A stretch of 64,000 bases of DNA from an uncultured Gemmatimonadales bacterium (GTDB taxonomy: Bacteria > Gemmatimonadota > Gemmatimonadetes > Gemmatimonadales > GWC2-71-9). The stretch's first letter is position 1; the number at the start of each line of letters is the position of its first letter. The notes below the pieces were generated by a model that worked only from the letters and a program-made list of their open reading frames with translations, was not told the origin of the DNA and made no database searches. The stretch covers positions 310,244-374,243 of the forward strand of contig CAWIXT010000006.1 of assembly GCA_963840165.1 (NCBI GenBank), given 5' to 3'. Shown here in pieces: positions 20,448-30,014 of this stretch. Both the position numbers and the translations under genes were made by a program.

Positions 20448-21279
20448 TGCCCTCGATCAGGGCGCCAAGATCGCCCGTCACCCGGCCGGCCGTCTCCATC
20501 ACCTCCTCGTGATTGAGTTTGGTTGGTGAGATGCCGGAGGCGAGGTTAGTCACCACGGAGAAGCCGAGACAGCGAAGCCCACGGGCCCGTGCGGCGATCA
20601 CCTCGATCACGGTAGACATCCCCACCGCATCGCCACCGAGCCGGTCCAGCATGCGGATCTCGGCGGGAGTCTCGAAGCTGGGCCCCAGCAGCTGGACGTA
20701 GACCCCTTCGTCCAGGCCCAGCCGCTTTTCTCGCGCCACATCGCGCGCCAGGCCACGGAGCGCTGAATCATAGGGATCCGACATGTCCGGAAACCGCTCC
20801 TCGCCGGGCAGTACCGGGCCCAGCAGCGGGCTCCGGAATGTCAGGTTGATGTGGTCGGCAATGAGCATCAACGCTCCCTGGGCGAAGGTTCGGCGGATCC
20901 CGCCGGCTGCATTGGTCAGCAGGAGAGTCTTGACGCCGAGAGCCGCGAAGGTGCGCACCGGCAGCGCTGCCACCTCTGGGTCATGCCCTTCATAGAGATG
21001 GAACCGCCCGCTCTGGGCAATGATCTCCTTGCCGCCCAGGCTTCCCGCCACCAGCTCTCCGCCGTGGCCGATCACCGTGGGCTCAGGAAAACCGGGGACG
21101 TCACGATAGGGAATCGTGACCCGATCCTGAATTCGTTGGGTGAAGAATCCGAGGCCCGATCCCAAGACGACTGCGATTGACGGTGTGAAGGTGCCAAGCC
21201 GTTGTCTGACCGCATCGGCAGCTTGCCGCACTTGATCCGATACCGCTGCCCCGCTGCCCCGCTGCCCCGCCTCCGTCAC
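20431..21279 (-). CDS. punA: Purine nucleoside phosphorylase (PunA-type); start uncertain
   Basis: VVLGSGLG, HGGELVAG, LTNAAGG and GDAVGMSTV. The GTG at 21279 overlaps the nupC stop (GTGA). An internal GTG about 17 codons downstream is an alternative start. Confidence 0.85.
21243..21270. repeat. 8-bp tandem repeat (CCGCTGCC x3; GGGGCAGC on the minus strand)
   Basis: ccgctgccccgctgccccgctgccccgc lies directly after the nupC stop. If the GTG at 21279 is the punA start, it is translated as GQRGSGAA. Confidence 0.8.
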
Positions 21280-22685
21280 AACAGAATTCCGGCAATCGTG
21301 GCCGAAAGGAAATTCGCGAGTGTGCCGGCAAGCATCGCGCGGATGCCCAGCCGGGCCAGGTCCCGCTTGCGGTCGGGAACCAGGGCTCCGATGCCGCCGA
21401 GCTGGATGCCCACCGAGCTGAAGTTGGCAAATCCGGCCAGCGCGAACGACGCGATGATGAACGACCGCGGGTCCAGCTGGCCCTTCATTGGGCCCAGCTC
21501 CGCGTACGCGATGAATTCATTCAGGACCATCCGGGTGCCCAACAGGCTTCCGATGACGTCGCTGTCATGCCACGGCACGCCCATCACCCACGCGATTGGG
21601 CGGAAGACCCAGCCCAGCACCGTCTGGAGGTTGGAGGGGAACCACTCGACATAGCTGTGTACCGCGGCGAACCCGCCATTGAGCAACGCGACCAGCGCCA
21701 CGAAGGAGACCAGCATCGCGATCACGTTGAGCATCAGATTGAGGCCTTCGCTGGTTCCTCGCGCCGCCGCGTCCAGCAGGTTCACGTCTTGCTTCGGCAT
21801 GTCGAGTTTGACCTTCCCGTACGTCTCGGGCACCTCGGTCTCCGGCTCGAAGAGCTTGGCCATCATGATGGTGCCCGGCGCGGTCATGATCACCGCGGTA
21901 AGCAGATGCCGAGCCTCGATCCCGAACGCGATGTAGGCCACCATGATGGAACCCGAAATGTGAGCCATGCCCGATGTCATCACCGTCATAAGCTCGGAGC
22001 GGGTCATCCGCTGCAGGAACGGCCGGATCGTCAGTGGAGCCTCGGTTTGGCCCATGAAGATGGATGCCGCCACATTCAGGCTTTCGGCCCCGCTCGCCCC
22101 CATTACCCGGCTCATGAGCGCCGCGAACGCACGTACGATGACCTGCATGATCCCGAGATAGTACATGATGGCGAAGAGTGCGCTGACGAAGATGATGGCC
22201 GGCAGCAGCTGAAACGCAAAGATGACTCCCAGGCTGGAGTCGGGCTTGCCCAGCTCACCGAAGACGAACTGCGAGCCGACATACGAGTAATTGAGAATCG
22301 AGGTCACGAAGCTGCCCAGCGCGCGGAACAGTTGCTGGCCGGCTGGAATCCGGAGCACGAAGATCGCGAACAGCAGCTGGAAGCCCAGACCCCAGGCCAC
22401 GACGCGCCAGCGGATTTGTCTCCGGTTGTGGGAGAGTGCAATGGCGATTGCCAGGATGGCGACGATGCCAAGAAGGCCTCTGAGGCGGAGCCACACGCTC
22501 GCCGGCTCGGACGGGGGCGGGGAGCTGGGCTCCTGGGTGGCAGCGACTATCGGAGAATCGGCCTGAGCCGGCGGCGTCTGCTGCGCCAGCACGTGGTTGA
22601 CGCCCTGCCAGGTGAGTCCCGGCAGCACCCAGGCGGCGAACATCGCGCCGGCGAAGAGGAGAACCGCAAGGATCGCAGCACGCAT
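21276..22685 (-). CDS. nupC: NupC/CNT-family nucleoside transporter
   Basis: Intact 469-aa polytopic ORF. The conserved stretches GSQFVFGELG, FAFQLLPAIIFVSAL and NEFIAYAEL are typical of concentrative nucleoside transporters. Confidence 0.85.
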   Translation of the reverse strand: MRAAILAVLLFAGAMFAAWVLPGLTWQGVNHVLAQQTPPAQADSPIVAATQEPSSPPPSEPASVWLRLRGLLGIVAILAIAIALSHNRRQIRWRVVAWGLGFQLLFAIFVLRIPAGQQLFRALGSFVTSILNYSYVGSQFVFGELGKPDSSLGVIFAFQLLPAIIFVSALFAIMYYLGIMQVIVRAFAALMSRVMGASGAESLNVAASIFMGQTEAPLTIRPFLQRMTRSELMTVMTSGMAHISGSIMVAYIAFGIEARHLLTAVIMTAPGTIMMAKLFEPETEVPETYGKVKLDMPKQDVNLLDAAARGTSEGLNLMLNVIAMLVSFVALVALLNGGFAAVHSYVEWFPSNLQTVLGWVFRPIAWVMGVPWHDSDVIGSLLGTRMVLNEFIAYAELGPMKGQLDPRSFIIASFALAGFANFSSVGIQLGGIGALVPDRKRDLARLGIRAMLAGTLANFLSATIAGILL

Positions 22686-22698
22686 GCTTACGTCTCCG

Positions 22699-23724
22699 TC
22701 AGCGGATGTCGGCCAGCTCGTCCCGCGCTCGGCTCAGAAGCTCGAGCCGCTCGGGCCAGGGAAGGAAGGCTCCAGCGAACCCATTCAGAATCAGCTGGTC
22801 GATCTCCGCTCGGGAAAACCCGAGCTCGGTGTGCGCGCGCCAGTACTCATCGCTCTGCGAAACGCCGGCCATGAGCCAGCCATCGGTGCACAGGGTCACG
22901 TTGAGGCCGGCATCAAAGTAGCCTCGAACCGGGTGTTCCGATGCCCGGCTGACCGCACGGGTCTGCACGTTGCTGGTGATATTCGCCTCGATCAGGATCT
23001 GGCGGTCGCGGATATACGCCATGAGCTGGGGGTTCTCGTAGAGACGGGTTCCGTGCCCGATCCGGTTGGCGTGACACAGGTGCACCGCATCAGCGATCGA
23101 TTCAGCGCCGGCCGCCTCGCCCGCGTGCACGGTGACCCCCAGAAGTCCCCGGGCTGCTATGTCGAATGCGGCGCGGTGGTTTCCCGGAGGACGCCCGGCC
23201 TCCCCGCCGGCCAGATCGAAAGCCACCACGCCCTGGTCCCGGAGGCCTACAGAGCACTCGGCGATTTCGACCGACACGGCAGGATCGTAGTGCCGAAGGG
23301 AGCAGTTGATCGCCCGGGCTACGACTCCAAAGTCGCGCTCACCGCGAGCCAGTCCGCGAAGCTCTGCCTGCATGACCTCGTCCAAGGTCAAACCTTGTCT
23401 CTGGCTCAAGTGGGGGCAGTAGCGGACCTCGAGATAGCGGACGTTGTCGCGGGCTGCGTCTTCCACCATTTCATAGGCGACCTGCTCGATCGCCTCGGGA
23501 GTCTGCAGCAGCGGGATCGTAAGGTCGAACCGGTCCAGGTAGTCCTGCAGATCGGCAGCGTCGTCCACCAGCATGAACCGGCCCAGCGCCTCCGGTTCGT
23601 AGGACGGCAGGACCGCCTTCGCCTTGCCGGCCAGCTCGATCATCGTGCTGGGCCGCAGCGACCCATCCAGATGCACGTGAAGCTCGGCTTTGGGCAGCCG
23701 GCCGATCAGCTCACGCGTCAGCAT
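22699..23724 (-). CDS. add: Adenosine deaminase
   Basis: LPKAELHVHLDGSLRP, VTVHAGE, HGT and the TDG-type metal ligands. Intact, 341 aa. Confidence 0.9.
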   Translation of the reverse strand: MLTRELIGRLPKAELHVHLDGSLRPSTMIELAGKAKAVLPSYEPEALGRFMLVDDAADLQDYLDRFDLTIPLLQTPEAIEQVAYEMVEDAARDNVRYLEVRYCPHLSQRQGLTLDEVMQAELRGLARGERDFGVVARAINCSLRHYDPAVSVEIAECSVGLRDQGVVAFDLAGGEAGRPPGNHRAAFDIAARGLLGVTVHAGEAAGAESIADAVHLCHANRIGHGTRLYENPQLMAYIRDRQILIEANITSNVQTRAVSRASEHPVRGYFDAGLNVTLCTDGWLMAGVSQSDEYWRAHTELGFSRAEIDQLILNGFAGAFLPWPERLELLSRARDELADIR

Positions 23725-23953
23725 CGCTATTCATAACCTTCCGGGACCGGATCACTACGCGAAGGATGGCCCCACCGGCGAGAGGAGCGTCGGAGGAGAG
23801 CTCGATGCCGCGTCCGTCCGTCACGTACGCTGCCCCGCACCCGACCTGGCGCTCCAGCTCCGGATCGAAGGCGCGCACCGCCGAAGCGACATCAGAGCCG
23901 GCCGGAAGATCCACCGTGCCGGCGTTCACGAACACCCGAATGGTTTCGCTCAC
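23711..23953 (-). CDS. Small hypothetical protein (80 aa), translationally coupled within the nucleoside operon
   Basis: ATG start. It overlaps the upstream 5'-nucleotidase stop by 4 nt and the add start by 14 nt. I did not recognise any motif. Confidence 0.45.
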   Translation of the reverse strand: MSETIRVFVNAGTVDLPAGSDVASAVRAFDPELERQVGCGAAYVTDGRGIELSSDAPLAGGAILRVVIRSRKVMNSDADA

Positions 23954-26900
23954 CGGCTCGCCTTAAATCCGGGAGAGGCCCGCACGTCCACCGGCTGGGG
24001 CAAACGCCGCAAATGGGTGACGAGGGCCTCCACGTCGAGTATGGTGGCCGGCGCGGAGGGCAGGCGGGCCAGCATCAGGTATCCATCGCCGCCGGAGGCC
24101 AGGAAGTCGTCCACCGCGAGGGTATACTCGGCGCCCGACTGGAGCTTCTGGCCCCGCTGTAGCTCTACGCTCCGCACCCGCTTTCCCGGAGGCCGCCGGG
24201 GGTCGTAGCGCACCTGGAGTCCTGCCAGGTAGGCCGCCGGACTGCCTTGCGCCAGGGCATGCTCCAGCACCTCCCGGAGCTGCCTGCCGGTCAGTGTCAC
24301 CTTTACGAGACTGCTTTGCGAGGGCTGAATCTCGAACAGCTGGCCGTAGGTGACCGGGCCGGCGGGAAGATCGGCTCGGACCGACGCGTCTCCTACCAGA
24401 CCGACATCCGCCCGCAGCACATTGCGGCGGGCTTCCGCGATCAGCCCGCCCAGACGCTGCTGCCGGTCTTCCCGGCTGAGCGGAGCCTTGATGGTTGCCA
24501 CCACTCGGCTGGTGATCGAGTCGGTCCGCCGGCGGTAGCTCTCCACCAGCGCTGCCATTTCCGGATCGGGCTTGACCCGGTCGGCGCTGACCGGCTCGAT
24601 TCGGGTCCTTACTTCTCTCCCCCCGGCAGAGGTCTTCACCAGATCGGCGACCGCGACGGAGCTGCCCTCCGGACCGGCCGCAACGATTGAGATCCCGGCG
24701 ATCCGGGTGTTGACCAACTGGTGCGTATGTCCGCCCACCAGCAGGTCCAGGGTCCGGGATTCTACGGCATCGGCCAAACGAATCGCCTCGCCGCTGCAGA
24801 CCGGCCCGTCGCAGCTCCCACCAGCGTGGGCCAGCAACACGGTGAGATCGGGGCGCAACGCCCGGACCTCGGCCAACACATCGTGAATAGCCAGCGCGCC
24901 CTCGCCGAAGCGAAGTCCGGCAGTGAATTCTGGCTTGACGCTGGTCTTGGCGTCGGCAGTAATGTAGCCCACTACCGCCACCTTCAGTCCTCCGACGGGC
25001 AGCACCATGTATGGCGCTACCCATTCGGGCCGCCGCCCGGTAGCCGAATCGAAGACGTTTGCCGCCAACCAGCGATATCGCGTCTCCGACATCCGGCGCC
25101 GCAGTGTGTCGAGCGACCACTGCAGGTCGTGCTCGGCCAGCGCGGTGGCCGCAATGCCCAGCCGGTTGAGCACCTCCACCATGGCGCGTCCGCGCGTGAC
25201 GTTGGATGCCACGCTGCCATGCATGGCGCCGCCGGCATCGAGCCGGAGCGCGGGACACGCGCAGTCCACTTCCAGGCTGTCCAGAGTCGCTGCGAGCGCC
25301 GCAGCTCCCCCGCTGGAAGTGCCCTGCTCCCGGATGTGAGGCAGCAAGGCCCCATGGAGATCCGCGGTGGCCAGCACCCGAAGGAGCAGCGTGTCCCGGG
25401 GACCCACCGGCACCGGGCGAGCCGGTACCCTGAACAGGCCGCGAACCGCGGTGGCAGCCACCTCCGGAACAATCCGCCACTCGCGAAGTCCATAGTCCGA
25501 AGGCTCGATGGTTTTCCGAGCCCGGACCTCCTGGATGAGGAGGTCCCGAATGTTTTCCTTCCTGTCATAGACCACCGGCGCGCCGCGCAGCATGGTGTAG
25601 CCACCCGCGCCGGTCTGGCGGTGGCTGTTCACCGCGAGGGTGAAGCTGTGGGTCGGGGTCACCGGGCGTCCACCGACGCCGAGATTGCGGATGCGGTCGC
25701 CGATCGGCCGCCGGAGGTCGATATCGTACCGGACGCCGGCGATCATGTCGAAATCGTAGCCGGGCACGCCCGGATCAATCGAGATGCGGCCGGCGGCATC
25801 GGCCCGGTAGTAGCGGGCGCTGTGTTCCAGATACTCCTTGAGCTGGGCGCCGCTGATGCGCACGGCGCGAAGGGTATTATCGAATGGATAGAGGGCCACC
25901 AGATCCCTGATCCGGATGGCGCCGCTGTCGAAACCGGCCCTGAGATTGAACGCTGACGCCGCCGATAGCTGGGCCCGGGTGCGCTCGAGCTGTACCGAGT
26001 GGATGAAACTCATGATTGCGCTTGGTTCCAGCCGGGCCGCCGCCGCGGACATCGGCCCCGTGGCCTCACCCAGTTGGGTGTCGGCCCAGCCGAGCACCGC
26101 GGCGTGCGCCGAAGCCAGCCGCTGGCTTATGCGGGCCGAAGGGGGCACCCCGGCCGTTGGCACCAGCTCCGCCGCGACCCGCACCGGCTTCCAGCCCCGC
26201 GCCTGTCGCACCAGAGAGATGTGCGTGACCGAGACACTCGCGCCGAACGGCCGCGGCTGCACGAAGTGCACCCCGCCTATGACCGTGTCGCGGATTTCCC
26301 GGTGCGAGTGGCCCACCACCACCAGATCGGGCGGCGAAGCAAGACCCGCGAAAGCGGCTGCCACGTGCTCCCCCCCAACGCCGGTGGTGTCGTAGGACGC
26401 CGCGCCACTGAGCCCGCTGTGTACGATGGCGATGGCCAGATCGGATTCGCTCCGCAGCTGATCCATCACCCGTGAGGCCGCGGCGGGAATCCGGTCGACC
26501 CGCACTCTTCCCGCGAGCTGGTCGCGGTTCCACACCTGCGCCCCGGGGGTGGTGAAGCCGGTCACACCGACCCGCACTCCCTGCCTCTGGAGCACCACGA
26601 AGGCGGGATAGAGCAGCGTGTCCGCAGGGAGAGAGTACAGATTGGCGCTGACGTAGGGAAACGCGGCGCCCGCAAAGATCGCCCGCATGGCTTGGAGTCC
26701 CCAGTCGAACTCGTGGTTCCCCGGAGTGGCGACGTCGTAACCGGTCAGATTCATCGCTTCCACGACCGGGTTGGGATCCCGCGGAGCAACCCGGCCGAAA
26801 TAGGCGGCAAACGCGTCGCCCTGGATGGCGTCCCCCGCGTCCACCAGCACCACCTGCCCTGGATAGCGCGACTTCAAGGAATCCACGATCGTAGCCACGC

Positions 26901-27084
26901 GTGACAGCCCGCCCTGAAACGGCTGATTGGCCACGTAATCCCAGTCGGTAGCGTGGCCGTGCACGTCGGTCGTCGCAACCACAATCACGTGGGCCGTATC
27001 GGCCCGATACGCCGGCGGATGAACGCCGGGCTGCGACAGCAGCAGGGCTGACGAGAGGAATTGCAACAGAGTAGTGGGGAACAT
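23950..27084 (-). CDS. Secreted bifunctional 5'-nucleotidase / 2',3'-cyclic phosphodiesterase-like protein with two tandem UshA-type modules
   Basis: There are two metallophosphoesterase modules (VVATTDVHGH...GNHEFD and LATADLHGA...GGHTH). Each is followed by a 5'-nucleotidase C-terminal substrate-binding domain. The ATG at 27084 gives the signal-like MFPTTLLQFLSSALLLSQPG. Confidence 0.85.
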   Translation of the reverse strand: MFPTTLLQFLSSALLLSQPGVHPPAYRADTAHVIVVATTDVHGHATDWDYVANQPFQGGLSRVATIVDSLKSRYPGQVVLVDAGDAIQGDAFAAYFGRVAPRDPNPVVEAMNLTGYDVATPGNHEFDWGLQAMRAIFAGAAFPYVSANLYSLPADTLLYPAFVVLQRQGVRVGVTGFTTPGAQVWNRDQLAGRVRVDRIPAAASRVMDQLRSESDLAIAIVHSGLSGAASYDTTGVGGEHVAAAFAGLASPPDLVVVGHSHREIRDTVIGGVHFVQPRPFGASVSVTHISLVRQARGWKPVRVAAELVPTAGVPPSARISQRLASAHAAVLGWADTQLGEATGPMSAAAARLEPSAIMSFIHSVQLERTRAQLSAASAFNLRAGFDSGAIRIRDLVALYPFDNTLRAVRISGAQLKEYLEHSARYYRADAAGRISIDPGVPGYDFDMIAGVRYDIDLRRPIGDRIRNLGVGGRPVTPTHSFTLAVNSHRQTGAGGYTMLRGAPVVYDRKENIRDLLIQEVRARKTIEPSDYGLREWRIVPEVAATAVRGLFRVPARPVPVGPRDTLLLRVLATADLHGALLPHIREQGTSSGGAAALAATLDSLEVDCACPALRLDAGGAMHGSVASNVTRGRAMVEVLNRLGIAATALAEHDLQWSLDTLRRRMSETRYRWLAANVFDSATGRRPEWVAPYMVLPVGGLKVAVVGYITADAKTSVKPEFTAGLRFGEGALAIHDVLAEVRALRPDLTVLLAHAGGSCDGPVCSGEAIRLADAVESRTLDLLVGGHTHQLVNTRIAGISIVAAGPEGSSVAVADLVKTSAGGREVRTRIEPVSADRVKPDPEMAALVESYRRRTDSITSRVVATIKAPLSREDRQQRLGGLIAEARRNVLRADVGLVGDASVRADLPAGPVTYGQLFEIQPSQSSLVKVTLTGRQLREVLEHALAQGSPAAYLAGLQVRYDPRRPPGKRVRSVELQRGQKLQSGAEYTLAVDDFLASGGDGYLMLARLPSAPATILDVEALVTHLRRLPQPVDVRASPGFKASR

Positions 27085-27199
27085 GCAGGAATATCGGGAA
27101 GGGCGAGGAGGGAAGGAAGGCATGCGCTGAGCGAACCCGAAGGGACGCGGCTGCCGCCCTTGCGAACATTCACCTGGCCGTATATCTGTTTAGGCGAAT

Positions 27200-27559
27200 A
27201 TGGCCACCTCGGCTGCAGATCTGTTGCTCGCGGTTGCGGAGCCCACCCGGCTGCGCATCCTGAACTGCCTGGCGGCAGCGCCTCTGTTCGTCTCCGACCT
27301 TCAAGCCGTGCTCGACCTGCCCCAGCCCACGGTATCCCGCCATTTGCAGGTGCTCCGCCGGGCCGACCTGGTGCGGGATACGCCGATTGCCCAGTTCGTG
27401 CTGTACCGCTTGCGGCGAAACGGAGGAGCCCACGGACGAATGCTGGCCGCCATCCTCGATGCCGTCGTCCATGACGATGGCGTGCTCCGCGCCGAGCGGC
27501 ACCGCGCCGCCGATCGGAGCCGGTCCCATACCCGAAGCCGAGTCCAGGAGCCCGCATGA
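27200..27559 (+). CDS. ArsR/SmtB-family transcriptional regulator
   Basis: LAVAEPTRLRILNCL...VSDLQAVLDLPQPTVSRHLQVLRRADLV winged-helix signature. The stop overlaps the next start (ATGA). Confidence 0.8.
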   Translation: MATSAADLLLAVAEPTRLRILNCLAAAPLFVSDLQAVLDLPQPTVSRHLQVLRRADLVRDTPIAQFVLYRLRRNGGAHGRMLAAILDAVVHDDGVLRAERHRAADRSRSHTRSRVQEPA

Positions 27560-28263
27560 CGCATCGGATTCTCGTAGTCGACGACGAGCCCGACATCACG
27601 GCCCTGGTGGCGTATCACCTGGCAAAGTCAGGGCTACGCGTCTCGACCGCCGCGAACGGGACGGATGCCCTCAAGGCGGCCCGGGAGGAGCGACCCGATA
27701 TCGTCATCCTCGATCTGATGCTGCCAGGTGTATCGGGCTACGATATCCTGGCCGAGTTGCGCAAACGGGAGGAAACCCGCGATGTCGGCGTCATTCTCCT
27801 GACCGCGCGGCGGGAGGAGACCGACCGAATTCGAGGTCTCTCCCTGGGGGCGGACGACTACCTCACCAAGCCGTTCTCGCCGCAAGAGCTGTCGCTTCGG
27901 GTGAGCGGTTTGCTGCGACGGCTGGGCAGCCCTGCCGTCAGTGCGGGGTCAACCCTGAGCGCCGGTCCGATCGTGATCGATCGGTCGGCTCACCGGGCCA
28001 CCATTCACGGGCAGGAGCTGAGCCTGACGGCGACCGAGTACAAACTCCTGCTCACGCTGGTCGAGCGCCGGGGGAGGGTGCAATCGCGGCCCCAGCTGCT
28101 CGAGATCGTCTGGGAAGCGCAGCCCGACATCCAGACCCGTACCGTGGACATGCATGTGCAGCGGCTCCGGACCAAGCTGGGTGACGCCGGGAAACTGATC
28201 GAGACGGTGCGGGGATTCGGCTACCGCTTCAAGGGGAATGAGCGCGGGGCCCGGGCCCGGTGA
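27556..28263 (+). CDS. phoB: OmpR/PhoB-family response regulator
   Basis: ILVVDDEPDI, the phospho-acceptor context DIVILDLMLPG, and KPF. The C-terminal winged helix has LTATEYKLLLTLV...VDMHVQRLRTKL. The symbol is inferred from family plus pst neighbourhood. Confidence 0.75.
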   Translation: MTHRILVVDDEPDITALVAYHLAKSGLRVSTAANGTDALKAAREERPDIVILDLMLPGVSGYDILAELRKREETRDVGVILLTARREETDRIRGLSLGADDYLTKPFSPQELSLRVSGLLRRLGSPAVSAGSTLSAGPIVIDRSAHRATIHGQELSLTATEYKLLLTLVERRGRVQSRPQLLEIVWEAQPDIQTRTVDMHVQRLRTKLGDAGKLIETVRGFGYRFKGNERGARAR

Positions 28264-30014
28264 CATTTGTCCGCCGATTGGTCCTGGGCTCGGTCCTCAT
28301 ACTGACCCTGGCTGTCGCCATCCTGCTCTGGGTCGCCGAACGGTCGCTCCGGCGAGATCTCGAAGGCGAGATCGCGCACACGCTGGAGAACGAGGCCAAG
28401 CTGGTTCGCGAGGCCCTCCGCCCGGACTCCACGGCCTGGCAAGCCGCCGTCATCCAATTGGCCCGCCAGGTCGGGCATCGGATCACCCTCGTCGACCGCG
28501 AAGGCCGGGTCCGGGCCGACAGCGACTTCCCCGCCGGACCGCTCCCCGCCATCGAGAGCCACGCCCAGCGCCCTGAGGTGGTCGTCGCTCTGAGGGGAGG
28601 CCGGGGCGTGGCAAGTCGGCGCAGCGACACCGTGGGGCAGCCGTTTCTCTACGTGGCGATACCAGGGGGGCCGGGCGTGGTGCGGGTCGCCGCGGGGCTG
28701 GAGCAGGTGGACGAGGTGGTCCGCCGGGCCCAGAGCGCCGTCGCCGGTGCCGCGTTACTGGCGCTGCTGGTCGGAAGCCTGCTGGCGCTGGCCGCAGGAA
28801 GGTCCATCGCGCAACCGCTCATCCAGATCAGCGCCGCCGCCCGGGCCATCGCGGCCGGCGCTCCGCCGCGATTTCCCCGATCCGGTATTCCCGACATTGA
28901 CGGGCTGGTACAGGCGCTGCGGCAGATGCACCGGCAGCTGGGTGACCGCTTCGAGGATCTCCGGCGGGAGCAGGCCGAAACGGCCGCTTTGGTGGAATCG
29001 ATGGTCGAAGGGGTCATCGCCGCGGACGGGCGGGGCCGCATCATCACGGCCAACGTGGCGGCGCGCCGGCTGCTCGGCTACAGCCTTACGGAGGAGCTGC
29101 CCGACCTACCGGAGCTCTTCCGGGTGAAGGCCGCCCGGCAGGTCGTGGACGCCGTCCTCCAGGGGCAAGCGGTGCAGGACCGGGAGCTGGAAGTGGATGA
29201 GCGCGCCATCCTGATGAACGCCAGGCCGCTCCCCTCGGGTGGCGCGGTGCTGGTGATCCACGATCTGACAGAGATCCGGCGGCTGGAAACAGTGCGGCGC
29301 GACTTCGTGGCCAATGTGTCCCACGAGCTCAAGACCCCGCTGACCTCGATCTCCGGCTATGCCGAGACGCTGCTGACCGACGCGCCCGATCCGGACACGA
29401 CCCGCCGCTTCCTGGGTACCATCCTGGAGAACGCCCGCCGGATGCAGCGGCTGGTAGACGATCTGCTGGATCTCGCACGGATCGAGGTTGGTCGCTGGCA
29501 GCCGGAGCCTGAGCCGACTGACGTGGCTGAAACGGCCCGGGAGATGTGGAGTGAGCTGGCCGAGCGGGCCGCGGCACGGGGCGTCGAGTTCACCGTGGAG
29601 ACGGAGCCGGCCGCGGGCAACCTCCATGCGGACGCCGACGCATTGCGCCAGATCCTGACCAATCTGCTGGAGAATTCACTCCGGCACACCGGCCGGGGCG
29701 GACGCATTGTCTGTCGAAGCCGGCTGGAAAACGGCGGAGTGGCGGTGAGCGTCTCAGATAATGGCTCGGGGATTCCCCATGAGCATCTGCCGCGGATCTT
29801 CGAGCGATTCTATCGAGCCGATCAGTCTCGCTCACGGGACGAGGGGGGCACAGGCCTGGGCCTGGCTATCGTGAAGCACCTGGTCGAGGCGCACGGCGGC
29901 AGGGTCTATGCAGAAAGTGAGCGGGGGGTAGGAACCACGGTCACCTGCTGGTTCCCTGCATCGAGCGCCACGCCCAGCGATCCTCTGGTGGAGGCCTCGC
30001 AGACCTCCCGATAG
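28260..30014 (+). CDS. phoR: Sensor histidine kinase, PhoR-like (2 TM, periplasmic domain, HAMP, PAS, HisKA, HATPase)
   Basis: H-box SHELKTPLTSISGY, N-box LLENSLRH, and G-boxes DNGSGIP and GTGLGLAIVKH. The GTG start overlaps the phoB stop. Confidence 0.75.
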   Translation: MTFVRRLVLGSVLILTLAVAILLWVAERSLRRDLEGEIAHTLENEAKLVREALRPDSTAWQAAVIQLARQVGHRITLVDREGRVRADSDFPAGPLPAIESHAQRPEVVVALRGGRGVASRRSDTVGQPFLYVAIPGGPGVVRVAAGLEQVDEVVRRAQSAVAGAALLALLVGSLLALAAGRSIAQPLIQISAAARAIAAGAPPRFPRSGIPDIDGLVQALRQMHRQLGDRFEDLRREQAETAALVESMVEGVIAADGRGRIITANVAARRLLGYSLTEELPDLPELFRVKAARQVVDAVLQGQAVQDRELEVDERAILMNARPLPSGGAVLVIHDLTEIRRLETVRRDFVANVSHELKTPLTSISGYAETLLTDAPDPDTTRRFLGTILENARRMQRLVDDLLDLARIEVGRWQPEPEPTDVAETAREMWSELAERAAARGVEFTVETEPAAGNLHADADALRQILTNLLENSLRHTGRGGRIVCRSRLENGGVAVSVSDNGSGIPHEHLPRIFERFYRADQSRSRDEGGTGLGLAIVKHLVEAHGGRVYAESERGVGTTVTCWFPASSATPSDPLVEASQTSR

